DNA of 64,000 bases from Octopus sinensis (GCF_006345805.1 NC_043011.1:60524464-60588463), one strand, 5' to 3'. Shown: positions 12,560 to 25,785, numbered from the stretch's first letter. Numbers and translations: made by a program. Notes: generated by a model from the letters alone, not told the origin.

Positions 12560-12810
12560 TCATCATCATCATCATCATCAACATCGTTTAACGTCAGTTT
12601 TCCATGCTGGCATGGGTTGGACAGTTTGACTGTGGTCTGGAGAGCCAGCAGCTGCACCAGGCTCCAATCTGATCTGGCAATGCTTCTACAGCTGGGTGCT
12701 CCTCCTAATGCCAACCACTCCGAGAGTGTAGTGGGTGTTTTTTACGTGCCACTAGCATCGGAGCCAGTCAGTAGGTACTCGCATTGGCCACATACAGATG
12801 GTGCTTTTTA
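12560..12810 (-). mobile_element. Family D retroposon with (GAT)n tail (RTE-tail-like)
   Basis: Conserved GGTTGGCRTTAGGA.GG.CA.CCAGCTGTAGAA...CCAACCCATGC.AGCATGGAAA..GACGTTAAACGATGATGAT on the minus strand. Further copies at ~18075-18272, 28560-28712, 31127-31645, 39886-40270, 45108-45440 and 50377-50745. Confidence 0.8.
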
Positions 12811-13484
12811 TGTGCACTATGTATTTATATATACATGTGTGTGTGTGTGTGTGTGTGTGCGCGCGCACGTGTGTGTGTGTGTGCGCGCGACGTGTGTGTG
12901 TGTGTGCGCGCGCACGTGTGTGTGTGTGTGTGCATGCCTCAGTGGTAGAATGCTTGTCTGCCACATGGGCAGCTCAGATTCAGCTCCTGGCTGATGCAAG
13001 GGTATTTATTTCCAAGGTAGGGCCCCAGCAAGGCTGCAGTCTAATGATGACTGAAACAACTAAATGACAAAAGATACACATCATTTTAATGTCCATTTTT
13101 CTATGCTTGCACAAGGCAGATAAAGTTTACCAAAACAATTTTTCTATGGCCAGATGCCCTTCCTGTTGCCACTGTCACCTATTTCAATCCAAAATAATAC
13201 TGCCCAATAGACAGATACATTTTGGCAGAATATTAGAGACGAATGACACTGCTTTTATAAAAGTGGTACAAATTTACACCTAACACACGACATCAAGACA
13301 CAAACACATACATTCACATATTTACATAGATACAGGCACAGGTGTGGCTGTGTGGAAAGAAGTTTCCTGCCCAGCTATATGGTTCTGGGTTCTGTGGCAC
13401 TTTAGGCTAATGTCTCCTACTACAACCCTGGGCGTACCAAAGCCTTGTGAGTGGTTTTGGTAGACAGAAACTGAAAGTTCATAT

Positions 13485-13720
13485 AAGGCGGCAAGCTGGC
13501 AGGAATGTTAGCATGCCCGGCGAAATACTTAGCGGTATTTCGTTTGCCGCTACGTTCTGAGTCTAAATTCTGCTGAGGTCGACTTTGCTTTTCATCCTTT
13601 CGGGGTTGATTAAATAAGTACCAGTTATGCACTGGGGTTGATATAATCAACTTAATCCGTTTGTCTGCCATTGTTTGTCCCCTCTGTGTGTAGCCCCTTG
13701 TGGGCAGTAAAGAAATAAGA
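13485..13720 (+). mobile_element. Family B SINE inserted in a family A SINE
   Basis: AAGGCGGCAAGCTGGCAG...GTCGACTTTGCTTTTCATCCTTTCGGGG...AGCCCCTTGTGGGCAGTAAAGAAATA. AGAAACTGAAAG occurs on both sides, and family A head and tail flank it. Confidence 0.85.
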
Positions 13721-15499
13721 AACTGAAAGCTCATCATATGTGTGTGTGTGTGTCCTACCACTGCTTAACAACTAGTGTTAGTTTATTTACATTCCCATAA
13801 CTTAGAAGCTCAATAAAAGAGACTGATAGAAAAAATACCAGGCTTAAAAATATGTACTGGGGTCAATTTGTTTGACTAAACCCTTCAAAGGTGTTTCCCC
13901 AGTATTTTTGAAGTCCAATTACTGGAAAAAATAAAAGACATATAATATAAGTGTGACATAGCGGTTATGTTGGAATCATGATCCTAAGATCATGGTTTCA
14001 ATTCCTGGGCTGGGAAATGCTTAGTGTTTTTGATTAAAACATTTCATTTCCTGTTGCTCCAGTCCACTCAGCAATGGGTAACCCTGCAATAAATAGACCA
14101 GCCTTCCAATCAGGAGCACTGTTTGCCTGCTTTCCTAACCAGAAGGGTGAAATCATTTAATGCTAAAACAATGTGAAGTGCATTGTGACCAGCAATGTAT
14201 GACAACATCCAATAGTCTGGTTGATACCGATACCATGATATACAATAGGCTTCTTTCAGTTTCCATCTTCCATATTCACTCAGAAACGCTCTGGTTGGCC
14301 CTACAGTTACAGTGAAAGATACCTGTCAAGTTGCAAAGCAAAGAGACTGTGCCTGAAACCATGTTTGAGTCCATGTCTGTTTGTTTTGACTTTGCCTTCG
14401 GGAAATATTACCCTGCTTGGAAACAGCTAAAATTTGGCAACAGAAAGTGCATCCAGCTATAGAAAATTGGGTTCAATAATTTCCATCTGCCCCATGCAAT
14501 CATAGAAAAGAAGACATTAAAACAATAATGATGATAATGTAATGGCTAATGAGATCCTTACCAATACAAATTAAAATTAAAGTGAACAACAGACAAATTT
14601 TAAACCAGAACACATAAAAAGAAACCCAACTAAATGTTGTAAACTGTGCTATTCCAGTTAATTTATTGAAGGTATTTCTACATGGTGACTTGACCTGCAA
14701 GAAATTATAAACCAATATTCTCTCCCAAATTCTCCCATTTCATGTGGCAGGGAAAAGGGGAAAGTTTTCATTGGTAATGTAGTCCTAGATACACTATAAA
14801 TGGGAAAAAAATTACAGGAGGGTTATGTCTGGAATGCCCTAGTTAAGTATAGGAGTGGTTAATCAGGACTACTGACCAGGGCTAAATAGGATGGAGGGGT
14901 GGACAGGATTTTGTTTTAAAGGAAATCAAATTGCCATTCAAAATACTGTAAGATAAATTTTAATATTTACGCACAGGTAGAACAGTACTGGCAGAAACGA
15001 GACAGCTTGGCCAAAATGCCTTGGAGTTTTTAGTTAAGACTCATTTCATTCTGAGTTCAAAATCTACTGAGTTTTCCGGGTTAAGTAAAATAAAATGTTG
15101 ATCAAGTTTTGAGGTGTCTAAATGTTCACTGATGTCAGTGAAACAAGGGAGGATTAAGCAAGTAATTTATACAACCGAACGAGAATTATAAAGTCATGAG
15201 ATAAAATAAGAAAGTAATGTATAATGGATACATTGACAGAGGAAATGTAAAAGATTAACAACTTACAAGAGTAAGCATATATGGCCATTGCAACTCAACT
15301 CTAAGCGCCCTTGCTCTGCTTATTTAGGGTCTTACATACAGCTTTCCAAACTGATCAATACAAATACTTAATTTGATGGATTTGGAAGCTGTTCAGTGTT
15401 ACTGGAAATTTCGGCATCAACAGAGGTGTAACAAACTGTCTACTCACTTTGTACTTTTGAAGATATATGAAATAAGCGATCCCTTATTTGAAAAAAAAA

Positions 15500-16330
15500 G
15501 ATTAGTGACAGGAAGAGCACCTGACAGTAAAACAATACCTCAATAATAAATTTGCCTGACTGATCCTAGTGTAAAGGCAATCAAGTGACTGACACCTGTC
15601 ACACTCCAAGGAACTCATGAGAAAGATCTTGCTTAATAATAAAAAACAAAAAAAATAGACCATATTACCGAGGAGAGAGTAAATGGAGATCTGAAATGAG
15701 AAATAGACCCTAGAGGAAACAAACCACACTAAAACCTTCATATATAATAGCAACAAATTTTTTAACAGCCCACCTTAAAAGTTACCTTGATGCAGCCCAG
15801 AAACAAGAAATCCCCCAAAGTTCAAACCATACAAAAAGTAACAGGTGTTAATATATGTAGGCTATAGAAGTGGAACTGGAAATAAAGACATTCCCCACAT
15901 CAATGACAAGTGTAAGAGAATGTTCTATCATCCTATAAATAAGGCATGATGTGGTAACAAGAGTGATAGAGGGAAAAGTAAGAAAAGGAAACTCACACGA
16001 ACCAATTACAGGTTAACATATTGAGACTAATGGATGCAAAGAATATTAATGGAACCTAAAAGTAAAAACAGCAACAATATTAAAACACAACTGACCTGAT
16101 ATTGCTGCTTGAGAACATTAAAGAAAACCATGGAATGTTATGGAAAGAGAGCAGCCCACTTAATGTAAAGGACTTATAAAAGATCAAAAAATGCAAAGTA
16201 GATATCTATAAACCACTTAGGAGCAATTTACAAATTCAGCACCTAAAACATACTTTTTGATTTATACATATTACCACTCAAGCTGCAGGATATGTAGCAA
16301 CTTGTTTGGATAAAATAATTGCTGACCTTG
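15500..16330 (+). pseudogene. Highly decayed RLE-type non-LTR retrotransposon (zinc knuckle plus PD-(D/E)xK region)
   Basis: Broken translation gives CRL..., DIPHINDKC..., RHDVV, and WNLKVKTATILKHN*PDI from ~16050, matching the CCHC / RHD / H-N-x-PD pattern of R4/NeSL-like elements. Confidence 0.7.
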
Positions 16331-17038
16331 ATTGTTGAAGAAAAATCATCATCATCATCATCGCTGTTGTCATTGTTTTAATGTCTACTTTCCAATGTTC
16401 ATATGAGTCGGACAGAATTTGTTGAGGCAAATTTTCTACATCCAGTTGCCCTTCCTTTTACCATCCCTCATTTGTCTCCAAATTAGGTAACATTTGCCCA
16501 AGATCTGATACAATTCTCAAAGATTAGGAAAAAATAACATTGCTTCTACGATGGTGACTCTTGTTTACAAAGGGCATGTGATGTCAAGAGCACATGCACA
16601 CACACACACACACACACCAGGTGGAAAGTTGAGTTCTTGAGCAAGACACTTTGGTTCATGTTGTTCTAGTCTACACAACTGAAATGCGGAAGGAAAGATG
16701 GCTTCACCAGCTGAGTGCAGGACAAACTATCTCTCTCTCTCTTTCTTTCTCTCTTTCTCAATCCCTCTTACCCCGACAAACTCCTTCTCATCTCACCTCA
16801 CATCTAATTTAAACTATCTTTAGCTAAAAATGTCTCTCTCTTTCTCTCTCCCCAGTAGTCACAAAGTTTTTGCTGGGTCAAAAAGGGAAAGCTGAGAAGG
16901 TATCTATGTCAGCTTACAACCACACAAACAGTTAAAACAATTAGCAGAAACAGGGTAGATGCTACCAGGTCACACTTGCTTGTCAGTGACAGCTATAGAG
17001 CTTTCACAATTAATGTCTTTCTTTTTTTTACCTTTTAA

Positions 17039-17257
17039 CCCTTTATCATTCATAATACTCTGTCAAATGTAATACTTCTTTATTCACATTGTTTTAAAGC
17101 AATTATGCATTACCTTAGAGCTTGGCAATTTCGAATTATTGTTTATTTTTAAAATGACATTGTAGAGTAGGTGTGAGAAGTCAGATCTGGCCAGTTGAAT
17201 ATGAAACAGCTAAAATATTTTGGCCTGATATGACAATTCAAATGCTTAAGACAGGGT
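17039..17257. mobile_element. piggyBac-like MITE, degenerate; same family as 28331-28542
   Basis: TTAA CCCTTT start; the body is shared with the 28331 copy. Confidence 0.6.
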
Positions 17258-17737
17258 TAGGATAGTAGGGTAAGGGACATAGATTTAGCTGGTATTTCTT
17301 GGATTTCAAGTGATCATGTGGGGGCTTCCCCGTTGGTTTGACTGTAAAATATTGCAGTAGAAACTACAGGGAGAACATCAATGATGTGAAACAAGGGAGA
17401 TTAGACATTGTAAAACTGGATTTAACAAGGGAGGTAATAAAAGGGCAACATAAAATATTGTAAAAGACATAAATCAGATATTTTAAAGATGTTGTCTTTG
17501 GTGGGTGGGGGATGATAATAATTATGATGATTCAGATGTTAGATAAAATGATAGAATGAAGGGGTAAGGTTTATGATTTTCAGGATTTTATCTTTCTGTG
17601 GCCATATTTTTAATGAAAAGCACCTGTGTAGTTTCAACTTATTTTGAAACTAATCAAGAATTTTGAAATAATAAAACTGATATTCGTGATCATAATTTGT
17701 GTCTTTTTTTTTCCCCCTTCTTCTCAAGAAGACATAC

Positions 17738-17749
17738 CTGAATAAGTTT
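17738..17749 (-). other. Candidate 12-nt microexon (AAACTTATTCAG)
   Basis: TTTTTATTTTAG|AAACTTATTCAG|GTATGT on the minus strand, the same strand as the 11703-11879 exon. Confidence 0.35.
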
Positions 17750-18730
17750 CTAAAATAAAAATTATGTTGGAAAATTATAATTATAATACTATCATTGTGC
17801 TATCTTGAAATACAACATGACAGGTAGGCAGACAGGCGTACAGACATAAATACAAATGCTTTCCCAAATAAAACTGCACTTCATTTCCGAAGCTCTGCCG
17901 AGGCTATACAGTGATACACAAGCTCTCATGTGCACTGCATTTTTATAACAGAAACAACTGTAAGCTAATGAAAATCATTACATAATTACTTGTTCCCCTG
18001 TCAAATATAGATAACCTCTTATGCTTTAATCTCTTATTAATGGATTTTTCTGAATTTTTCTGAAACTATTGGACCCCGTGGCAGTGGCATGTAAAAACTA
18101 CCCACTACACTCTTAGAGTGGTTGGCATTAGGAAGGGCATCCAGTTGTAGAAACATTGCCAGATCAGATCGGAGCCTGGTGCAGCTGCTGGCTCTCCAGA
18201 CCTCAGTCAAACCGTCCAACCCATGTCAGTATAGAAAACGAATGTTAAACAATGGTGATGATGATGATGATGAGTTCTAACACCAAGCTATTAGTATTGC
18301 TATGCCAAAGCAAAATATCAAAATACATGTGTGTGTAAATGGTTACTGTTTTAAGGCTGTGCTATATCCTTTCTACCTAGCATTCACACTGCACACACAT
18401 CCACACAAATATATACACACATTTATTCTAACATAAGAGAGCAGGTCATAAATTCAGAAATTTGGATGTTATTTCTGTCAGATGTAGCTACCACATATAG
18501 CATCATATATATACACACTCAAACACACAAGGCAAAAGAGCATGATGTGAGGGAGACTCGAGTGCTATTTCTACCAGGTCTACTGACCATGTAGTGTCCC
18601 TCTGTTGGTTCTTTTCATAGTACATTATATAAAAGGTAAGTGATTTTAAATGCTTCATCCTGGGTGAGAGTTGAACCCATGGACCACAGTCAACAAAACC
18701 TAATCAGAAACATGGCAATTAAATTTACGA

Positions 18731-19050
18731 GATGTCATATGAAAATGTCCCTGTTATTTATGACATATTTCATATCAGTTACGTTCGGATGAATAAAAGA
18801 TTATCGTTATTAAACTTTTATTAATAAACACATATTCTAAGTTCACAACATATGCAGTTTTAATTTTCCTCTCAACCCTAACCCTAAAACAAATTGAAAT
18901 GCAATAGATCGATACTAGGGTTATAATTATCGGTGGACACTAAAGAGGGAATGGTTTTGTTATCCAGCTCTGTTTACGAGTGACCCCTCATTTTATGGGC
19001 ACAGGGTATCTTTTTTCTCATAAAAGTTAGGGACATTTTCATATGACACC
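18731..19050. mobile_element. MITE with 22-bp TIRs and an internal CCCTAA tract
   Basis: GATGTCATATGAAAATGTCCCT ... AGGGACATTTTCATATGACACC (one mismatch). ACCCTAACCCTAA near 18876. No clear TSD. Confidence 0.7.
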
Positions 19051-19089
19051 GCCAGAAAATGTTGTTGACACACTACGGCAGAAATCGTT

Positions 19090-19295
19090 TTCACCTCAAT
19101 AGACGTCATTGATTGGTTGAAATTGCCGAAATGCAAGAAAATAAACAACAAATATCTTACAAACTACAGAATTTTCTCAAGAAAGCCAAGAGAAAAAGAT
19201 GTTTTATAAACACATTCTACCAGTATACGAAGTTTAAAATTCTTTAGTTACAAAGAAATTATTTTTAAAATCTGCCGGTCAAAGCGAAAAGATCC
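19090..19295. mobile_element. Solo right arm of the GGATC long-TIR family
   Basis: TTTTCTCAAGAAAGCCAAGAGAAAAAG...CATTCTACCAGTATACGAAGTTTAAAA...GAAAAGATCC matches 580-703. Confidence 0.8.
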
Positions 19296-21222
19296 AGTGA
19301 CTCAATAAAAAAAAAAATGGTGTCCTTGTTTCCAATATTCTATGGAAATATTAACTTACTTGGAAACAGGTGAAGGTTGGCAACAGGAAGAGCATCCTTC
19401 TGTAAAAAAATCTGCCTCAACAAGTTATGTCCAACCCATGCTAGTATGGAAAAGTAGGGGTTAAAATGATGGTCGCAAATACAGGGGGCAACCCTCTCTC
19501 AGCACACATCATAGAAATAATTAATTATAATTAATTAGAACATTCTTAAAGGAATAACTTACCTTCTACATTTCATTGCACTCAGCCCTCTAATGTGTGT
19601 GTGTGGTTTCATTCGATCATTTTAGCAATAATAGTACACATGTACTAAATGTATGGTTAAAAAAGGTTTACATTGTAATCATGTGGTCTTAGGTTCAGTC
19701 CCACAACACGGCACCTTGGGTAATTGTCTATGTTATAGCCTGGGTGGGGGTTGACCAAAGTCCTGTGGATTTTGTAAGCAGAAAGTGAAAGTTGTTCCTT
19801 GTGTGTGTGTGTGTGTGTGTGTGTGTCCTGTGACTGTGTGATGGTTGTAAAGAAGAGTCACTGTCATATAAGCAGTGTAGCAGTGTCATTGATTTCCAAT
19901 CTTCCCTGAGAACATCTCCGGCCATCTTGGGGAACAACTACCTTGCTTGGAAACAGTTGAGGGTTTGTGACAGGAAAGGCTTTTATCCCCCCAAAAAAAG
20001 AAAAAAATCCAACTTAACGAATTCAATCTGACCCATGCAGGAATGGAAAAGCAGACGTGAAAATGATGATGATGATGATCCATGGGCTGATGTAGGAACA
20101 GGATTCTTGAATGGTTAAGAAATTTGCATTGAAACCACAAGGTCTTGGGTTCAACTCCAGAGGCAAATATCATGTTCTATAGCCTTGGGTTGACCCGTTC
20201 CCTGTGAATAAAATAAGGAAGACAAAATATATACAGAAACCAGGATGGTGGCTTATACCTGTAATTTAAGTGGGTCATGTTTGTAGTGTTCGTGCATTAT
20301 ATTAAGGTCACGCGTGTCTGTGGAATACTCGGCCGATTCAGGAGCAGGTAATTCAGGTAATAGAGCAACGAAATCCTCTTCGTCGAACGACGGAGATCCT
20401 CCACCCTTTAGAGGGTGTTCTTGTTTTAGTCCATCTCAACTCTAAAGAAAACTGTTCCAACCGTGGCCATCATATCTGGAATTACATTATCCAGTGAGTC
20501 TTAAGGCAGCGAACTGGCAGAATCGTTGGCACCCTGGACAAAATGGTCAGCGACTTCAGGCTTCGTCCGATTTTATGTCTTGAGTTTAAATTCCATTGAG
20601 GTCGACTTTGCCTTTTCCTTCTTCCGAGGTCGCTGCTCTACGTATCAGTTGAAAGCTGTTGCCGATATAATCGAGAAATACCCGCATCACGAAATTTCAG
20701 GCATTGTGCTTATAATAGAAAGGATTATCTAATGTGTCCTTCACTTTTGAAGGTAATAAATATTTCTTTCGGTGATATATAGCTGCTATTTCTAAAGCGA
20801 AGCGACTGCGTGGAGATGTCGTCTGCTTCGCCATGCGATACTTTAGCTCGAGTAGAGCAAGAGTTCCTTCCCTTACAACTTGTCGTCTGCTAATCGCAAT
20901 GTCGTCTGCCAACGATGTGAAATGGCAACATTTTTCATAAATTTCACAAATGATTATTTTTTTTTATAAACAACTCTTTTAAAATTCATTGAAACAGTCG
21001 GTTATTATCGATTAAAATAAAAATGAATAAAAAAACAAAGCAAACAGTGTACGAAAAATTAGTGGGAATAACGAACCTAAAACCGGCGTGGCTGTGTCGT
21101 AACTACATGGTTCCGGGTTAAGTCCTATAGAGTTGCTATCTTGGGTCAATGTCATCTACTATAGCCCCGGGCCGACCAAAGGTTTGTGAGTGAATTTAGT
21201 AGCAAGAAACTGTGGAAGACTA

Positions 21223-21255
<33 letters not shown>

Positions 21256-21859
21256 TGCGCGCGCGAAGGCGGTGATGGTTTATTTACGTTACTGCCAAAT
21301 AGCGGTTCAACAAAAAGATATCGATAAAATAAGTACTAGGTTTAAATCAAAAATAGAGCATCTCAGGACTGAGCTTCGTTAATTTTCATTGTTTCTTTAA
21401 TTAAATATAGTAAAATAGCATGGACAATGACAAATGGTGTGAAAAGACATTTTTCTGCTTTCCCTCGCGTTTTCCTTCTTTTTTCTTTGCTAATATAATG
21501 AAATTAAATGGTTATTTCATGGCATGTTTAGATCGTCATGAGGAAGTTTATTTTTGTTTTCAGTCGCTATAAAGTTAGAAAAACACTTCATGCGTGTGGA
21601 TTGTTTTTTATGGACACCTGAGCAAAAGCAGTTTTAACTTCCTGCTACAGTAGTTCATGTTATAGGACTATTAAACATATGTTTTATTATTACCCACTAA
21701 TACCCGCGAACGATTTAGGAACAGACAAAAAATATAATAACCACGAAAAATAAAAACTTCGTAAAATGTTTATTTTTTGGTATATTTATGACGAAATAAA
21801 AAAAAAAAGGCGAGATACATAATCCGCCGTTTTCTTCCTCTGGTGGTTTACGACATTGT

Positions 21860-22285
21860 TAAGCTACGGGGGCATACCTGCACAATTCTGCCTCTCAGAC
21901 TTTGTTTTCTGATAACTTGTAGGAAAATGGTTATATTTTAATGAAATTTTCTACAAATACTTTTGAGATAGTGTAGGTAACGATTATATTGGAATTTAAC
22001 ATGCAAAAAAAATTTTTTTAAATGGTTGGTGCCCATACATACTTTATACTTTTATTTCAAAATTTATTTTGTGGAATATGTGAGTGCACCTACCAAGATT
22101 TTTTTTTCCACATCTAATTCCGATATAATGGTAAACTACAAGAAAAAAAAAAGAAAAGAATTACAACACCTGAAAGGTATTTTTAATAAATTTCATTAGA
22201 AAATAGCTATTTTTCCTAAAATTATAAGGAAACAATGTCGTGGAGAGGTTAACTTTTGTAGGTCTGCTGCAATGTGTTTCTAAGT
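21860..22285. mobile_element. Old degenerate fold-back MITE
   Basis: Imperfect ~190-bp inverted arms, e.g. GGAAAATGGTTATATTTTAATGAAATTT versus AAATTTCATTAGAAAATAGCTATTTTTCC. Confidence 0.55.
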
Positions 22286-22964
22286 ATTACGATTATTTCG
22301 ATATAGGAATAAAGAATAAATTTTCCTAAGTGTGTATTAGATTTTTTTTTAATTGTACTAAATACCTTACATTTTGAAAGAATTGAATGAAGAAATTTAA
22401 GAGGTATCAAAGAAAAGTTATAAATCATGTTTTAAAAGCAGATTGGGGTTTGCCAAAATGTCGGCATCATTACGAAAATGAAACTGGCAGCAAGTACAAG
22501 GTCGAAAAACCGGCTCGAAATAGCAGCCTAAATCTGCTTCAAATCATACACAAACGATTTGGAAGAGGAAGGATGCATTGTATATTATTTTAATATACAA
22601 TATCTGGATGAAAGAGTCATCATCACCTGAATATCTTTAATCCAGAGTTCACCTGGGGATTAAACTAATTTAACAGATTTTATAAATGGAACACGTTCAA
22701 TGAGGACTTTTTTGTTTGGTTTTTTAGTTAATAGTATTATTCTTGGATTTTTTTTTCTTTATGGATAAATGCATAAGTGTCTTATTTGCACATTAAAATT
22801 GTAAAATATTTAACATACAGTTTGGTACAAGAGGAAACTGACCAACCCCGCAAACCATTTATTTTCTTCAAAAATAATCTCGTTTTTTTATTATTTATTA
22901 CATAAAAGACCAATTTCTAAAACATTGCTAAAATATTACTAAACATCGTTGTAGTATGTATATA

Positions 22965-23193
22965 TTTCTTTACTGCCCACAAGGGGCTAAACGCAGAGGG
23001 GACAGACAAGGACAGACAAACGGATTAAGTCGATTACATCGACCCCAGTACGTAACTGGTACTTAATTTATCGACCCCGAAAGGATGAAAGGCAAAGTCG
23101 ACCTCGGTGGAATTTGAACTCACAACGTAACGGCAGACGAAATACCGCCAAGCATTTCGCCCGGCGTGCTAACGTTTCTGCCAGCTCGCCGCT
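22965..23193 (-). mobile_element. Family B SINE, full length with CpGs intact
   Basis: Reverse match to 13485-13720 and 44154-44385. Confidence 0.9.
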
Positions 23194-23487
23194 TTATATT
23201 ATATATATAACCATGCTTTTTATTCTTTTTTTTTTTAAATTACTATAAGATTACACCAACACATGAGCAATTTTAATTTATACTCCTAAAACAAACATCG
23301 ATTATCTGTTTTAAAATTTAATCTGAAACATTAATTAATGTTTAAATTCAAACTTAATATTAATTACTAAAAATTAATGAATAAAAATAAACAGACAGAA
23401 TTCTAATTTTGCTTATATAACATTTTAAACGATGGGACCTTCGAAGTACAGTAGGGCCTACAGTTTATTTGTTCTTATAAATTAAAT

Positions 23488-24144
23488 GGATCTTTTCCTT
23501 TTGAACGGCAGTTTGTAACATAATTTCTAGGTAACTAAAAAGTTTTAAACTTCGTATACTGGTTGAATGTGTTTATAAAACATCATTTTCTCTTGGTTTT
23601 ATTGAGAAAATTCTATAGTTTGTAAGAAATTTCGTCCGAAAATCCGAGCATTTCGGCAATTTTAACCAATCGATTACCTCCATTGAACTAAAATCATTTG
23701 CTGCATCTAAAACTGAGACAACATCCTGTAACTAACCTTAAACCTCCCCCTAACCCTAACCCTAAATCTTTTTTTCTTAATTGTTACGTGTGTAAAAATC
23801 TAAAGCAATGGAAAATAATTTAAATAATTAACAAACAAAATAATTCTATAATTTTTATACACACGCTTTCCGTATGTATACTAATTTAGGGTTAGGGGGA
23901 GGTTTAGGGTTAGTTACAGGATGTTGTCTCAGTTTTAGACGCAGCAAATGATTTTAGGTCAATAGAGGCCATAGGATTGGTTAAAATTCGAAAAATTAAA
24001 CTACGTTAAACAAACAAATTACAATTTTCTCAAGAAAGCCAAGAGAAAAAAATGTTTTATTTTGACACATTCTACCAGTATACGAAGTTTAAAAGTGTTT
24101 AGTTAACAACTAGAAATTGTCTGCCGTTCAAAAGGAAAAGATCC
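23488..24144. mobile_element. Long-TIR fold-back MITE, GGATC termini, 8-bp TSD
   Basis: Same termini as 204-703. TSD AATTAAAT at 23480-23487 and 24145-24152. Arms of ~280 bp end internally in CCCTAA/TTAGGG tracts. Confidence 0.92.
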
Positions 24145-24344
24145 AATTAAATACTTTACAAATAATTCTAATGGGTATCTCGAGGGGTTTAGCCTTTCTA
24201 TAAATTTAGTTTTCAATGGAAAAACAAAAAGAAAGTTTGACTTGACACATTTTCATACTTTCTTAGGTCCAAAGTAAATCTTGAAATTACAATTTAGTTT
24301 TTTCTCTGCGGCTATTTTAGTCTCCGGTTCTCTTAGATCTAGAA

Positions 24345-24452
24345 CATTCTTTAGCAAACTGCTGCCCGTGGGACTTTCTGAAGGGCACACCTAATTTCAT
24401 GGAGGATCCATGTCTATACGGCCCACTTCTCGAAAATGTTTGCTCATGCCTG
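24345..24452. mobile_element. Small hAT (Charlie-like) MITE, degenerate
   Basis: Right end GTTTGCTCATGCCTG. Flanks ATCTAGAA and GTCTAGGA resemble the NTCTAGAN target. Confidence 0.4.
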
Positions 24453-25313
24453 GTCTAGGAATAGTCAAAGAAACTGGTAGAAATGTTAGAGCATTGGACG
24501 AAAAACAAATATGCATTGTGGTTATTTTTTCTGGACATCTACATTCTGAGTTCAAATTTATGTCGAGGTCAACTTTACCTTTCCTCTTTTTGGAGATAAT
24601 AGCATAAAGAAAAGTGGCGGAGGTGCTAGAGTGTCGAACGAAATTTCTTGCGATATTTGTTTCTGAGTTCAATCCCAGCTCTAGTCAAATTTGTCATTTA
24701 TTTATATAGTTATTTGTTTTCTGGATTGATAATCCCAACAGGATGGATTAGTGGAAATGTTTAAAATATCAGACGACATTATTTGTAGTATTTCTAAGTT
24801 CAAAACCTACTAAGATCAAACTTGAATTTTCTTTTTCATGGGTAATAAATCCAACATGGTAGATTGGCTGAACTGTTAAAGCATCGAACAAAAATGTCTT
24901 CTGGACATTTCCGCTCCGAGTTCATTTCTCACTGATGTCCAACTTTATATTTCTTTTTAATGTAATCGAGAAGATAAAAGTGTTAGACAGGCGGGTGAGA
25001 TAGGTGTGGTTATGAAGTTCGCTTTGCAATTACGTGGTTCCAGGTTCAACCCTACTGCGTGGCACCTTGGGTAGATGTATTTTTCTATAGACCCGAGCTG
25101 ACCTTAAACCTTGTGAGTGAATTCGGAAGACGAAAACTGAACGAGTGTGTCTATAATGGCTTTTTGCTCTCCCATTTCCCGGGCGGTAAATTTAATTCAT
25201 CGTCCGTTTTAAAATCACTACATAAAAAGACACACCTTGTCCTTAACAAAGCCTGGTTTATATGCAAAGCATTCAAGTCAGGGCTTTCGTTTGAGTATAA
25301 CTTCCTCCCTCCC

Positions 25314-25353
<40 letters not shown>

Positions 25354-25364
25354 GATAATAATAA

Positions 25365-25770
25365 TAGGTGCAGGAGTGACTGTGTGGTAAGTAGCTTGTT
25401 TACCAACCACATGGTTCCGGGTTCAGTACCACTGCATGGCACCTTGGGCAAGTGTCTTCTACTATAGCCTTGGGCCGACCAATGCCTTGTGAGTGGATTT
25501 GGTAGACGGAAACTGAAAGAAGCCTGTCGTATATATGTGTATATATATATATGTGTGTGTGATTGTATGTTTGTGTGTCTGTGTTTGTACCCCTAGCATT
25601 GTTTGACAACCGATGCTGGTGTGTTTACATCCCCATAACTTAGCGGTTCAGCAAAAGAGACCGATAGAATAAGTACTGGGCTTACAAAGAATAAGTCCCG
25701 GGGTTGAGTTACTCGATTAAAGGTGGTGCTCCAGCATAGCCGAAGTCAAATGAATGAAACAAGTAAAAGA
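25365..25770 (+). mobile_element. Family A SINE, full length, between TTA/TAA tracts
   Basis: tRNA-like head, CCTTGGGCAAGT core, internal TA/TG tract, tail GGTGCTCCAGCAT...GAAACAAGTAAAAGAG. Confidence 0.92.
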
Positions 25771-25785
25771 GTAATAATAATAATG

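Noticed and set aside
15261-15490. Minus-strand GTAAGT donor at 15261-15266 (and another at 19557-19562)
   Set aside because: No convincing matching acceptor or sustained open frame; they cannot be supported as exons without transcripts.
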